Shown here: piece by piece, positions 38,750-48,249 of the stretch | Numbering within the stretch: position 1 is the stretch's first letter | Layout: each line of letters begins with the position of its first letter | Assembly (NCBI GenBank): GCA_964619885.1 | Contig: CAZUGA010000017.1 | Span: 19,714-83,713, forward strand | Source of the DNA: an uncultured Methylococcaceae bacterium | Lineage (GTDB): Bacteria > Pseudomonadota > Gammaproteobacteria > Methylococcales > UBA1147 | DNA: 64,000 nucleotides | Direction: 5' to 3' | Position numbers and translations under genes: made by a program | The notes under the pieces: model-generated | The model's input: the letters and a program-made list of their open reading frames with translations, nothing else | The model's database searches: none | What the model was told of the DNA's origin: nothing

Positions 38750-40948
38750 CTAGAAAAGATCGATTGGGTCGATGTCTATGGACCATTTAATTTTTTTGCT
38801 ATTGGGCAGATCCTCTATAGCTCGTATTAATTTGTCTGTTGTTTTGTGTAATAGTTTGCGGTCGGTACTTTGAAGCAAAAATTGATAACGGTAGTCACCC
38901 GCCCGTTTGACCATTGGTGCGGGGGCTGGACCCATAAGGATAATTTTATTACCACCTAGCATGCTGGCATGCTGCCTAACCTGATCGAGGAAAGCAGCGG
39001 TATTTTCTTGGTTTTTGGATTGGGCCCGTATCAATGCCTGAAAGCTAAACGGGGGTAAGCAAGCACTGCGTCGTTCGCTGATAGCTTCGCTGGCGAATTG
39101 TCGATATCCTTTCTCGATCAATGTTTTTAGCAGGGGATGGTCTGGATGACGTGTTTGTAGGATGACACGTCCAGGTTTTTTGGCTCTACCGGCTCTGCCT
39201 GCGACTTGAACGATCAATTGCGCGAGTCGTTCGGTTGCGCGAAAATCGGTGCTGAATAAGCCTGAATCCGTATCCAAGACCCCGACCAGGGTGACATTAG
39301 GAAAGTGATGCCCCTTGGCAAGCATTTGGGTTCCGATCAGTATGTCGACAGTGCCTTGCTTTATATCGTTTATAGTTTTATCCATACTGCCCTTTCTTCT
39401 GGTACTATCCCGATCCACTCGCCGTATCGACGCGGCCGGAAATATCTTTGCAAGGACTTCTTCGACACGTTCGGTACCGATTCCTAGTGATTCCATTTTT
39501 TTCGAACGACACTGATCGCAACCTCGCGGGATCGGGCTTTCGTAATCGCAGTGGTGGCATCGCAGGCGTTGGTCTTGTAAATGGATGACTAAATTGCTAT
39601 CGCACCGATGGCATTGAGCGACCCATCCGCAATTATTACAGATCATGCAAGGGGCAAAACCACGCCGATTTAAAAACAGTAATACCTGTTCTTTTTTGTT
39701 CAAGGTTTGTTTGATAGTTTGGATCAGTTTGGCGGACAAACCCTGGCTTAAATTTTTATTCTTTATATCGAGTAGATGGATCACTGGGGGCCGAGCGCCA
39801 GTCGCTCTGATTGGGAGTATCAGTTGTTTATAACGTCCCTGTTCTGCATTAACAATCGTTTCAAACGATGGTGTGGCGGAGCCTAAAATGATCGGAATTT
39901 GCAATCGCTGGGCTCGTTTGATTGCGATATCTCTGGCCGAAAATCTAAATTTCTCTTGTTGCTTAAAGGAGCTATCATGTTCTTCATCAAGAATGATCAA
40001 TCCAGGACGGTTTAGCGGAATAAATGCAGCAGACCGGGTACCCAACAATATTGGTGCAGTACCTGCCTGCGCGCGCATCCAAGCCTGAGCGCGACATTGG
40101 TCGCTTAAACCCGAATGAAATACTGCTATTGGTGTATCGAAGCGCGATTGAAATCGGCTTTGGAGCTGAGGGGTCAGGCTTATTTCGGGTAATAACACCA
40201 TCGTTTGTAAGTTGCGATCGATCGCAAGTCGAATTAGCTGGAAATAAACTTCGGTTTTGCCGCTACCTGTAACGCCATCTAACATAAACACGCTGAACGA
40301 ACCGATAGACCCTTCAATTGCGTGTATAGCATTATTCTGGTCCGCATTGGTTTGAAATGTGGATTGAGTGTATCGAGTTTTAGATTGCAATATACGCGGT
40401 CTGTTTTCGACTAAATTTTTTGCCATTAGCGTTCTAGCGGTATTGCGCCAATTCCAGCCGAGATCGTCCAGCTGCGTTTGCGTCGGCCCTAGTGCGTGAG
40501 ATTCAAGAAATTTTAGTAGTGCAGTTTGGCGTGGTGCACGTTTGTTAGGATTGATTGCCGTAGCCTTCCCCTGATCGGTCAGGAACAAAGATTGTTCCAG
40601 TTCCAGTTTAGCTATTTTGCCCTTTCGGAACTTGGCGGGAAAAGCCGTGCTTACCACTTCACCTATGGGATAGTGATAGTATCGACTAGCCCAGATTAAC
40701 AATTGGAGATCGTCGATGGAAATCAACGGTTGATCATCTAATACCAGCAGAATTTGTTTGAGTTTGGATGCGTCTACATTGCTACTTGTAGTCGTATCCA
40801 ATACCACCCCAGTCTTGGTTTGTGCTCCGAACGGTACGGCAACCCGGGTGCCCGGTATCCAATTACGGACTTGGTTTTCGAGCGGGGGAAGATAATCGAA
40901 TATTTTTCGAATCGGAACCGGGACCGCAACTTTTACTATGATCGACAT
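38750..40948 (-). CDS. priA: primosomal protein N' (replication restart helicase PriA)
   Basis: Walker A GVTGSGKTEVY, DExH helicase motifs and the Cys-rich zinc-binding insert typical of PriA. Confidence 0.9.
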   Translation of the reverse strand: MSIIVKVAVPVPIRKIFDYLPPLENQVRNWIPGTRVAVPFGAQTKTGVVLDTTTSSNVDASKLKQILLVLDDQPLISIDDLQLLIWASRYYHYPIGEVVSTAFPAKFRKGKIAKLELEQSLFLTDQGKATAINPNKRAPRQTALLKFLESHALGPTQTQLDDLGWNWRNTARTLMAKNLVENRPRILQSKTRYTQSTFQTNADQNNAIHAIEGSIGSFSVFMLDGVTGSGKTEVYFQLIRLAIDRNLQTMVLLPEISLTPQLQSRFQSRFDTPIAVFHSGLSDQCRAQAWMRAQAGTAPILLGTRSAAFIPLNRPGLIILDEEHDSSFKQQEKFRFSARDIAIKRAQRLQIPIILGSATPSFETIVNAEQGRYKQLILPIRATGARPPVIHLLDIKNKNLSQGLSAKLIQTIKQTLNKKEQVLLFLNRRGFAPCMICNNCGWVAQCHRCDSNLVIHLQDQRLRCHHCDYESPIPRGCDQCRSKKMESLGIGTERVEEVLAKIFPAASIRRVDRDSTRRKGSMDKTINDIKQGTVDILIGTQMLAKGHHFPNVTLVGVLDTDSGLFSTDFRATERLAQLIVQVAGRAGRAKKPGRVILQTRHPDHPLLKTLIEKGYRQFASEAISERRSACLPPFSFQALIRAQSKNQENTAAFLDQVRQHASMLGGNKIILMGPAPAPMVKRAGDYRYQFLLQSTDRKLLHKTTDKLIRAIEDLPNSKKIKWSIDIDPIDLF

Positions 40949-41368
40949 TAAATTAGATGGAGTGGTAGTCAGTTAGGTTTGAATTTTAAATCGGTTTCTA
41001 TCAAAATCGATTAAGTTATTCTTGTTAAACTGGTAATTCGTTTGTTAACAATATCTGTGGATAAATCTGTGTATGAATTGATGACAGACCCGCCTAGGTC
41101 TTGTTGCGTAAAGGTTTTTTTGAATTGTAAAAATTATGCGCAGATATTTTATTTTCAATAAAAACAATTGGTTGTGGTTTTTTAGGGTGTTTTTCCTTAT
41201 TCATTGCGGCATCGAGCAGTGGTACATAACCAGGATTCTCTCTCTGTTAATAAATTGTCGAATTAAGGGTTTATCTTTGTCTTCAAGGCCTTGCGCGTGG
41301 GCGTATAGGATATAATCGGCTCGCGTGGGTAACAAAAGAAAAATCAACATCACCAGGCAGGAGGAAAC

Positions 41369-41959
41369 ATGTGGGGGTTGAATCAACAGGTTTTGCGAAC
41401 GGATGCGTCTGGCATGCCTTTAGAATGGATTGACTATCAAGAGGCGGTAAAACTTTATCATTTGGGGCAAGTTGCGTATTCGTTGGGAGCATTATTGTAC
41501 AATATCCATGGCGGCATCAATGCGCTGACCGGTGATCGTAGCGTGGTCAAAGTTAGCTCTATTTTGGCAACTTACAGCCGAAATTTTGCGCTACGTAAGA
41601 CCGGTAAAGATTATATTCCACCGTTGAATAATCCAACATTGTTTAAGCGTGATAATTTTATTTGTCTTTATTGCGGCGAACGCTTCCGTTCGCGTGATCT
41701 ATCACGTGACCATGTTACCCCGATTAGCCAGGGGGGCGTAGATTTGTGGTCAAATGTTGTAACCGCCTGTAAACGTTGTAATAATCATAAGGCGGGTCGT
41801 ACGCCAGAGCATGCGGGTATGCAGTTGTTGGCGATTCCTTTTGCGCCGACCCATGCTGAATACGTTTATTTGCAGGGGCGCCGGGTGCTTACCGATCAGA
41901 TGGATTTTTTGCGCGCGCATTTTCCCCGGAAAAGCCCATTGCATGAGCGGCTTTGTTGA
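41369..41959 (+). CDS. HNH endonuclease family protein
   Basis: HNH motif C..C...DHV.P.S.GG....N....C..CN..K. Confidence 0.7.
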   Translation: MWGLNQQVLRTDASGMPLEWIDYQEAVKLYHLGQVAYSLGALLYNIHGGINALTGDRSVVKVSSILATYSRNFALRKTGKDYIPPLNNPTLFKRDNFICLYCGERFRSRDLSRDHVTPISQGGVDLWSNVVTACKRCNNHKAGRTPEHAGMQLLAIPFAPTHAEYVYLQGRRVLTDQMDFLRAHFPRKSPLHERLC

Positions 41960-41995
41960 TTTGAAAGAAATCAGGCTTTCCTTGAATCTTCTCTA

Positions 41996-42493
41996 ATGGA
42001 CACGAAAAAAGCGGAATATGACCGCTTGGTTGTAGTCTATGCTTCTGATTTATACCGCTATGCGATTTGGTTATGCAAGGATTCAACCCAAGCCGAAGAT
42101 TTGGTTCAGGAGACTTTTCTTAGAGCTTGGAAGTCATTGAGTAAACTGAAGAACAGAGACGCACCGAAGCCGTGGCTATTTACCATTTTGCGTAATGAAT
42201 TTGCGCGACAATATAGTCGGTATAGACCTGAAATGAGTGATATCGACCCCGATATTTTGGAACTAAAAGATACCGGGAACGATACCAGTACCGATGCGTT
42301 TGTTTTACGCAGAGCATTGGATATTTTGGCAGAAGAATACCGCGAACCGCTGCTTTTACAAGTTTTGGGTGGCTTTAGTTGCGAAGAAATTGGTGCAATA
42401 TGTGGGATTAGCAAAGGCGCGGCAATGACACGACTTTTTAGAGCGAAAAAGAAACTACGTGAAATGTTAGATCCGACGTTGGTTGAAAAATGA
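41996..42493 (+). CDS. RNA polymerase sigma-70 factor, ECF subfamily
   Basis: Sigma-70 region 2 (FLRAWKSL, FTILRNEF) and region 4 HTH. Confidence 0.85.
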   Translation: MDTKKAEYDRLVVVYASDLYRYAIWLCKDSTQAEDLVQETFLRAWKSLSKLKNRDAPKPWLFTILRNEFARQYSRYRPEMSDIDPDILELKDTGNDTSTDAFVLRRALDILAEEYREPLLLQVLGGFSCEEIGAICGISKGAAMTRLFRAKKKLREMLDPTLVEK

Positions 42494-43197
42494 AAGACTG
42501 TGAACAATTTCAAATAGCTTATGCTTCAAGTCCAGATAATATGGATGTGGATTTGGCCTCGCATTCTGAAATATGCAGGGAGTGCGCGATATATGCGGAT
42601 GCGATTCGAGAGCTAGATCTAAAATTGGTTGATTCGATGAAATTTAATGTTCCCGACGATCTCCTTTCAGTGCTGAAGGCAATTCCCGAGCATTCCGGTT
42701 CAGGCAAATCAAGGTGGATGGTATTTGGCGGATTTGCGTTGGCGGCGTCGCTATTATTGGGATTAGGATTGTCATCGGTATTTCGGTTGGATTTGATTAC
42801 TCAATCGGTGCCGTTACAGCAGGTTGTATACCAACATATCCTTGGTGAGCCGAAGGCTTTAACCGCAATATTCCCGGTTCAACCAGCTGTTATGAACGCC
42901 AGGTTAAAAGAATTTGGGGTGAGTCTGGTGCAGCCCATCGGTGAAGTAATGTATGTCAAATTATGCCCGGTTGGAAATACACAGGGATTGCATTTAGTTG
43001 TGCAGGGCCAGAAGGGTCCGGTAACATTTTTATTTTTGCCGAAAGAAAATATTGCCGAGTCGGTTAGCTTTGGCAAAGGTCGTTTTGTTGGTTATATCAA
43101 ACCGTCTGAACTTGGTGTTGTTGCCGTCGTAGGAGAAAAAGGTGAGGCATTGAACGAAACCGACGCTTTGGTTCAATCGTCGCTCAAATGGTTATAG
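42490..43197 (+). CDS. putative anti-sigma factor (zf-HC2-like N-terminus, single TM)
   Basis: Start overlaps the sigma-factor stop. N-terminal Cys/His cluster (HSEICRECAIYAD) and one central TM. Confidence 0.5.
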   Translation: MKDCEQFQIAYASSPDNMDVDLASHSEICRECAIYADAIRELDLKLVDSMKFNVPDDLLSVLKAIPEHSGSGKSRWMVFGGFALAASLLLGLGLSSVFRLDLITQSVPLQQVVYQHILGEPKALTAIFPVQPAVMNARLKEFGVSLVQPIGEVMYVKLCPVGNTQGLHLVVQGQKGPVTFLFLPKENIAESVSFGKGRFVGYIKPSELGVVAVVGEKGEALNETDALVQSSLKWL

Positions 43198-43210
43198 ATT
43201 GGCAATGCCA

Positions 43211-44089
43211 TTATGGCTTGATTGAAGAGGATTTTGGTGCCGTTTTAGGTTTTCGGAATTTGAGCGTCATTCGGTCACTTTCGCCAATGGCCAAATATTT
43301 TTCCTGGTCAAGTTTCCCAAGTCGCAGCGTTGGGGGTAATGTCCATACGCCTTCCGGGTAATTCTTAGTGTCTTTGGGGTTACCGTTGATTTCTGAACGC
43401 CCGATGGTTTCGAATCCAGTTTTTTCTGCGAGTGAGATAACGTAAGCTTCGGTAACATAGCCAGATTTTGCTGCTGGGTCTTGGGTTTTGTCTGGGATAC
43501 CGCGGTGTTCGACTACGCCCAAAATCCCGCCGGGTTTTAAGGCGCGAAACATCGCTTCGAAAACCAAACTATCGTGCCCGCTCTTAATCCAGTTATGTAC
43601 GTTTCTAAAGGTTAGTACTCGGTCGACCGAATCCGCTGGCGCGATTGTCAGTTGGTCCGGTGGTTGGAGTGTAGTTAGTTTCACTCGTTTATAAACGCGT
43701 GGATGAGCCGCAAGTTTTTTCTTATAGGAATCTAAGCTGGTGGTAAAGAACGGGATGTCAGATTTTGCTGAAAAATGCGCGGCATATAGCTTGCCCTTTT
43801 TTCGCAGGAGTGGTGCTAAAATTTCGCTGTACCATCCCCCTGCTCCAGGCCAGATTTCTACAATTGTCATATCCGGTTGTAACTCGAAGAAATGCAATGT
43901 TTCCAGCGGATGTCGATAGACATCCCGCGCCACATTGGCAGCGCTCCTGTGAGACCCCGAAAGTGCCTTTACCAGTTCTGATGCGAGTGGGTTGTAAAAT
44001 CGTTGTTCGGCAAGTCCGCTATTGGATATCCCTAGGCTAAAACATATCAATATCAGTAAATTAAACTGCCGGATAAAAATTATTTTCAT
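43211..44089 (-). CDS. class I SAM-dependent methyltransferase with signal peptide
   Basis: Start refined to MKIIFIRQF (signal peptide). Methyltransferase fold motifs VEIWPGAGGW (SAM motif I) and LKPGG. Confidence 0.6.
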   Translation of the reverse strand: MKIIFIRQFNLLILICFSLGISNSGLAEQRFYNPLASELVKALSGSHRSAANVARDVYRHPLETLHFFELQPDMTIVEIWPGAGGWYSEILAPLLRKKGKLYAAHFSAKSDIPFFTTSLDSYKKKLAAHPRVYKRVKLTTLQPPDQLTIAPADSVDRVLTFRNVHNWIKSGHDSLVFEAMFRALKPGGILGVVEHRGIPDKTQDPAAKSGYVTEAYVISLAEKTGFETIGRSEINGNPKDTKNYPEGVWTLPPTLRLGKLDQEKYLAIGESDRMTLKFRKPKTAPKSSSIKP

Positions 44090-44103
44090 AGTGTATGCGT
44101 AGT

Positions 44104-44598
44104 TTATTGTGGTTGCGCATTCCAAAATTGGGCGATGTTGACCGCGGCTAGTAGGATGAATGCCACAAATGTCCATGCCGGTATACTTAGGCCAAGGAAT
44201 GTCCAAAGAATTTCGGCACATTCACCGGTTCCGCTCAGTAGTAATTCTATAGTTTTGCTCAACGGAAAATGTTTAAAGACATACTCGAGTCCTGGGCCGC
44301 AGGAGGGTACTTCTTCCGGTGGCAAATTTTGTAGCCATACATGCCGGCCGGATACGCTGGCGCCGAGCAATGCGGTGATTAAGCCGATGATCGAGTAGGT
44401 TTTAATGCCATAAGATTTGGGATTGTGTAAAACTGCAATAAGGAAAATTATTCCTACCACTAATACAAGGACGCGTTGTGAAATACACAGCGGACAAGGT
44501 TCTAGATTCTTAACGAATTGAAAATAGCCTGCTGCGAGCAACATTGCTAAACAAGCCAGAAAGCCAATAAAAAACCAATTTCTGGCTGAGCACTTCAT
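44104..44598 (-). CDS. dsbB: disulfide bond formation protein B
   Basis: 4-TM protein with CPLC in the first periplasmic loop and a second Cys pair in loop 2. Start refined to MKCSARNWFF. Confidence 0.8.
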   Translation of the reverse strand: MKCSARNWFFIGFLACLAMLLAAGYFQFVKNLEPCPLCISQRVLVLVVGIIFLIAVLHNPKSYGIKTYSIIGLITALLGASVSGRHVWLQNLPPEEVPSCGPGLEYVFKHFPLSKTIELLLSGTGECAEILWTFLGLSIPAWTFVAFILLAAVNIAQFWNAQPQ

Positions 44599-44760
44599 TA
44601 GTTTGTGATCCTGCATTAATTGCTGGGTGGATTGAATTATTCTTTGCTGATTTTTGAATATTCTTTGCGTTCGGCTACGTTGTAACACAACACCCGATAC
44701 TGCGGCTAAAGTAACAGATTTTTAAATAGAATTCAGTAGTGCTTCTCGTCTACCTGATAC

Positions 44761-45474
44761 TTAAGAGTCGAATTGTATAACTTTGTTCAATGGGCTTAGA
44801 TTGATTTCGTCGATCAGGGTGCCACGACGAAGTGTCAGGATTAATTGTACTAATTCGGCGATATCTTGGGGTAAAATGTAATTGCTTTCGTGTCGACCCG
44901 GCTGAAATTTCAATTGATCAAAAAACGCAGTTTTGACCATGCCCGGATTGATCAACGCGACTCGGACATTGCTATTTCTACACTCTTCTCGTAAGGCTTG
45001 AGAGAAGCCGCGAAGCGCAAATTTGCTGGCGCAATATAGCGAACCTTTTTGAGTGCCTTTAAGTGCGGCCTCAGAGCCTATAAATATCAAATCTCCGAGG
45101 TGCTTTTTTTTGAGTATCGGAATCAGTGCGCGGCTAATTAAAGCTTGGCTGGTAAAATTAAGATCGATCAATTGTTTTATTTGCGCGAATGAAAATTCTT
45201 CCAATGAGGAGAATTGTCCGCGTCCGGAACAAAAAACCGCGCCGTCGATATTGGGGTATTGTTTCAATAACGAGGATATTACGTCCGGTAGGGTATCCAG
45301 TTTGGAGCAATCACATTCGACCCAATGTACTGCCGTCGGGTTAGATTTTTTGTCTTTGATGTTTCTCGACAGGCCAATTACAGAATGACCTCCACTGATT
45401 AACTGGTCGGTGATGGCACGCCCAATTCCTGAGCTTGCGCCGGTAATCAGCAGGGTTCTGTTCATGGGTCGCAA
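44761..45474 (-). CDS. SDR family NAD(P)-dependent oxidoreductase
   Basis: TGASSGIG cofactor motif and the YCASK catalytic motif. Confidence 0.8.
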   Translation of the reverse strand: MRPMNRTLLITGASSGIGRAITDQLISGGHSVIGLSRNIKDKKSNPTAVHWVECDCSKLDTLPDVISSLLKQYPNIDGAVFCSGRGQFSSLEEFSFAQIKQLIDLNFTSQALISRALIPILKKKHLGDLIFIGSEAALKGTQKGSLYCASKFALRGFSQALREECRNSNVRVALINPGMVKTAFFDQLKFQPGRHESNYILPQDIAELVQLILTLRRGTLIDEINLSPLNKVIQFDS

Positions 45475-46526
45475 CGGAATAGCAATGATTCCGGAACGTA
45501 TTTTAGAAGTTCATTCGTGCAAAATTCAATCATTGCATTCTCCAGCGGTGTCGAGTAAGCAGTGGTACCGGACTTGGTTTGTAATGGGCCCGCGAACAGT
45601 TTTTCTCGAGGATAAAGCTTTTGCATTTTGCGGAAGAATTTCTCGGGTAGTCTAAAGCCACCCAAGCTGACAGAATGTATAGAATTTAAATTTAGCCTTG
45701 AGAATACTTTATTGAACAATTCGCGGTATTGTGTCTGATAGTTTGACTGATAAATAATGGGATCGAAGCGTAAGCCCAGTTTCCAACCGCAGGATTGGAG
45801 CTTCTCTAGCGCATCCAATCGTTTTGCAAGTGAAGGTGCCTTGTGTTCCACGGATTTTGACGTTTCATGCGGTGCAAGGCTATACGCGATAATGCAGTTT
45901 GGTACGACGGGCCGTTCGAGTAAAGAGCGAATTTGGGTGCTTTTGGTTCTGAGCTCTAGGAATGCATGGGGAATCGCTTCAAAGGTAGTTAAAAATGAAT
46001 CGACAAATTGAGTGATCGGTTCCATGGCCAAGCTGTCGCAATCGTAACCCGAGAAAAAATGGATTTCGGATTCAGCAACGGATTGAGCGGTCTGTTGAAT
46101 TTCGTACTGAAAATCTTCATAGTTTACGAAAACGATATAATGTGCGGACTGAAACATGCCTTGTAAAAAGCAATATCTACAATCGTATAAACAGTTCAGC
46201 ATATGCGAAAAATAATAATTGTGATCTGCGCCTATCGAATACCCTTGTGGTGCCTTCAACACAAAGTTTTTAAACTTTTTGGCCAATATCATTGCTGGCC
46301 GAAGTTTTTGCAGACGGAAATTTTGCGCTTTTGGGTTGAATACTTCTGTATATCGTTCACACAGAATTTGCTTCGCATTCGGAAAACGCTGGCAAATCAA
46401 GCGAGACCTTGGGTGATTAACTATTTCGCGTTCTATGTAAAGGGTTTCAATCACGCCACAATTTTTCCGTAGTTTAATAATATCAGCGAAAAACTGGTTC
46501 TGGCCGATTGCCAAGGACTGCGCCAA
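45462..46526 (-). CDS. spore-photoproduct-lyase-family radical SAM protein (SplB-like DNA repair photolyase)
   Basis: CLYDCRYCFLQ radical SAM cluster motif. The size and layout are typical of SPL-family proteins. Confidence 0.65.
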   Translation of the reverse strand: MAQSLAIGQNQFFADIIKLRKNCGVIETLYIEREIVNHPRSRLICQRFPNAKQILCERYTEVFNPKAQNFRLQKLRPAMILAKKFKNFVLKAPQGYSIGADHNYYFSHMLNCLYDCRYCFLQGMFQSAHYIVFVNYEDFQYEIQQTAQSVAESEIHFFSGYDCDSLAMEPITQFVDSFLTTFEAIPHAFLELRTKSTQIRSLLERPVVPNCIIAYSLAPHETSKSVEHKAPSLAKRLDALEKLQSCGWKLGLRFDPIIYQSNYQTQYRELFNKVFSRLNLNSIHSVSLGGFRLPEKFFRKMQKLYPREKLFAGPLQTKSGTTAYSTPLENAMIEFCTNELLKYVPESLLFRCDP

Positions 46527-46566
46527 CTAGGGTAGAATATCGCAACGTTTAAAATGGGTAAATGTA

Positions 46567-47394
46567 ATGAGGCAACAGACGATTGGGTTTGTCGGTGGCG
46601 GCAATATGGCCACAGCGTTGATCAGTGGATTGATCGACGATGGGTATGCACCTCAAAATATCTGGGTTTCGGATCTGGATAAGCAAAAACTAAATGTTTT
46701 AGCAAAACAGTTTGGGTTGAATATTACATCTGATAATCAACATGTCGTCGAGCATGCACAAGTATTGGTGTTATCTGTAAAGCCACAAACGATGCGCCAA
46801 GTTGCCGAGGAAATCAGTCAGCCGGTGTTGCGATTAAAACCAGTTATCGTTTCAATCGCAGCAGGGATTCGCGTCGTGGATCTTGCAAAGTGGCTGGGGG
46901 GCGGCGTGGCGATTGTTCGCTGTATGCCAAATACCCCTGCATTGGTGCGCACGGCTGCTACAGCGCTTTATGCCAATGACCAGGTTTCAGCCGAGCAGCG
47001 GGATGTAGCGGAGTCGGTGATGAGAGCGGTAGGTTTAGTCGCGTGGGTTGATAAGGAATCAGCCTTAGATATAGTGACAGCGCTGTCGGGAAGTGGACCG
47101 GCTTACTTTTTTCTGCTGATGGAATCTATGGAGCGAGCCGCGTTGGAGCTTGGGCTAGATACCGAGACCGCGCGCTTGTTAATCGAGCAAACCGCTTTCG
47201 GTGCAACCAAATTGGCATTAGAGGTGGAAGGAGCACCCGCGGAATTACGCAAACGCGTGACATCACCCGGCGGTACAACGCAGTATGCGATAGACGTATT
47301 CGAGAAAGGTGATTTTTCCGATCTGGTTGGTTCCGCTTTGTGTGCTGCATACGAACGTTCGATCGAATTATCTAATGAGCTTGGAGGAGACTGA
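46567..47394 (+). CDS. proC: pyrroline-5-carboxylate reductase
   Basis: GFVGGGNMA NADP motif and a ProC dimerisation domain. Confidence 0.85.
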   Translation: MRQQTIGFVGGGNMATALISGLIDDGYAPQNIWVSDLDKQKLNVLAKQFGLNITSDNQHVVEHAQVLVLSVKPQTMRQVAEEISQPVLRLKPVIVSIAAGIRVVDLAKWLGGGVAIVRCMPNTPALVRTAATALYANDQVSAEQRDVAESVMRAVGLVAWVDKESALDIVTALSGSGPAYFFLLMESMERAALELGLDTETARLLIEQTAFGATKLALEVEGAPAELRKRVTSPGGTTQYAIDVFEKGDFSDLVGSALCAAYERSIELSNELGGD

Positions 47395-47969
47395 TGGGTT
47401 CGTCATATTTTGTTAATCCCGTAATATTTATAATAGATACGGTTTTCGCCCTTTATATATTGGCGATAATGCTACGTTTTCTTCTGCAATGGGTGAATGC
47501 GGACTTTTATAATCCTATCTCCCAGTTTTTGGTCAAGATAACCCATCCCCCGTTGAAACTATTACGCCGAGCGATTCCGTCGATCGGGCGAATCGATACC
47601 GCGTCAATTGTTTTTATGTTGGTGTTGCAAATGTTGGCGGGTTTTTTGATTTTCACAATGAAAGGTGCGGTTACGCCGATTGGTGCATTGTTTGTTTGGG
47701 CGCTGGCGGAATTATTGACGTTGTTGATAAACCTTTATGTGTTTGCGATTCTTATTCAGGTCATTGTCAGTTGGGTGAACCCTGGAACCTATAATCCCGG
47801 CGTTTCTTTGATCTACAATTTGACCGAACCGATGCTAAGAGTAGTGCGAAATATTCTTCCACCTATGGGAGGTATAGATTTGTCGGCATTGGTGGTATTG
47901 ATCGGACTTCAATTGATCAAAATGGTGTTATTACCCCCGTTAATTCAGGCAATCGAAATATTGAGTTAA
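47394..47969 (+). CDS. yggT: YggT family membrane protein
   Basis: Duplicated YGGT motifs. Coupled to proC, a conserved synteny. Confidence 0.75.
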   Translation: MGSSYFVNPVIFIIDTVFALYILAIMLRFLLQWVNADFYNPISQFLVKITHPPLKLLRRAIPSIGRIDTASIVFMLVLQMLAGFLIFTMKGAVTPIGALFVWALAELLTLLINLYVFAILIQVIVSWVNPGTYNPGVSLIYNLTEPMLRVVRNILPPMGGIDLSALVVLIGLQLIKMVLLPPLIQAIEILS

Positions 47970-48249
47970 GTTTGGTTGGCGTTCAGGTAAATAATGAGAT
48001 ATATCAGCTTATTGTGATGTCGAATTGGTTCCCACGCGTAAAAATAAAAAGATCATATTCACCCGCCTAAAAGTTGTTTGGTAGCAATGACCTACTATGG
48101 TTTTTGCGTGGACCATTATTACTGTTAATTTGAGTCTTCTCATTCCTCCTTAGCAGTAAAAATTAGACGGATTTCGTATTTCGTCTAAACTTTCTATAGA
48201 TCGTTTTTAGAGTCAAATATCCGTCTATGGGGCCAGGTGAAGTTTAGAC

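Noticed and set aside
41369-42493. HNH endonuclease next to ECF sigma factor as part of a restriction-modification or toxin system
   Set aside because: No methyltransferase, specificity subunit or immunity gene is adjacent. It is treated as a stand-alone HNH-family protein.
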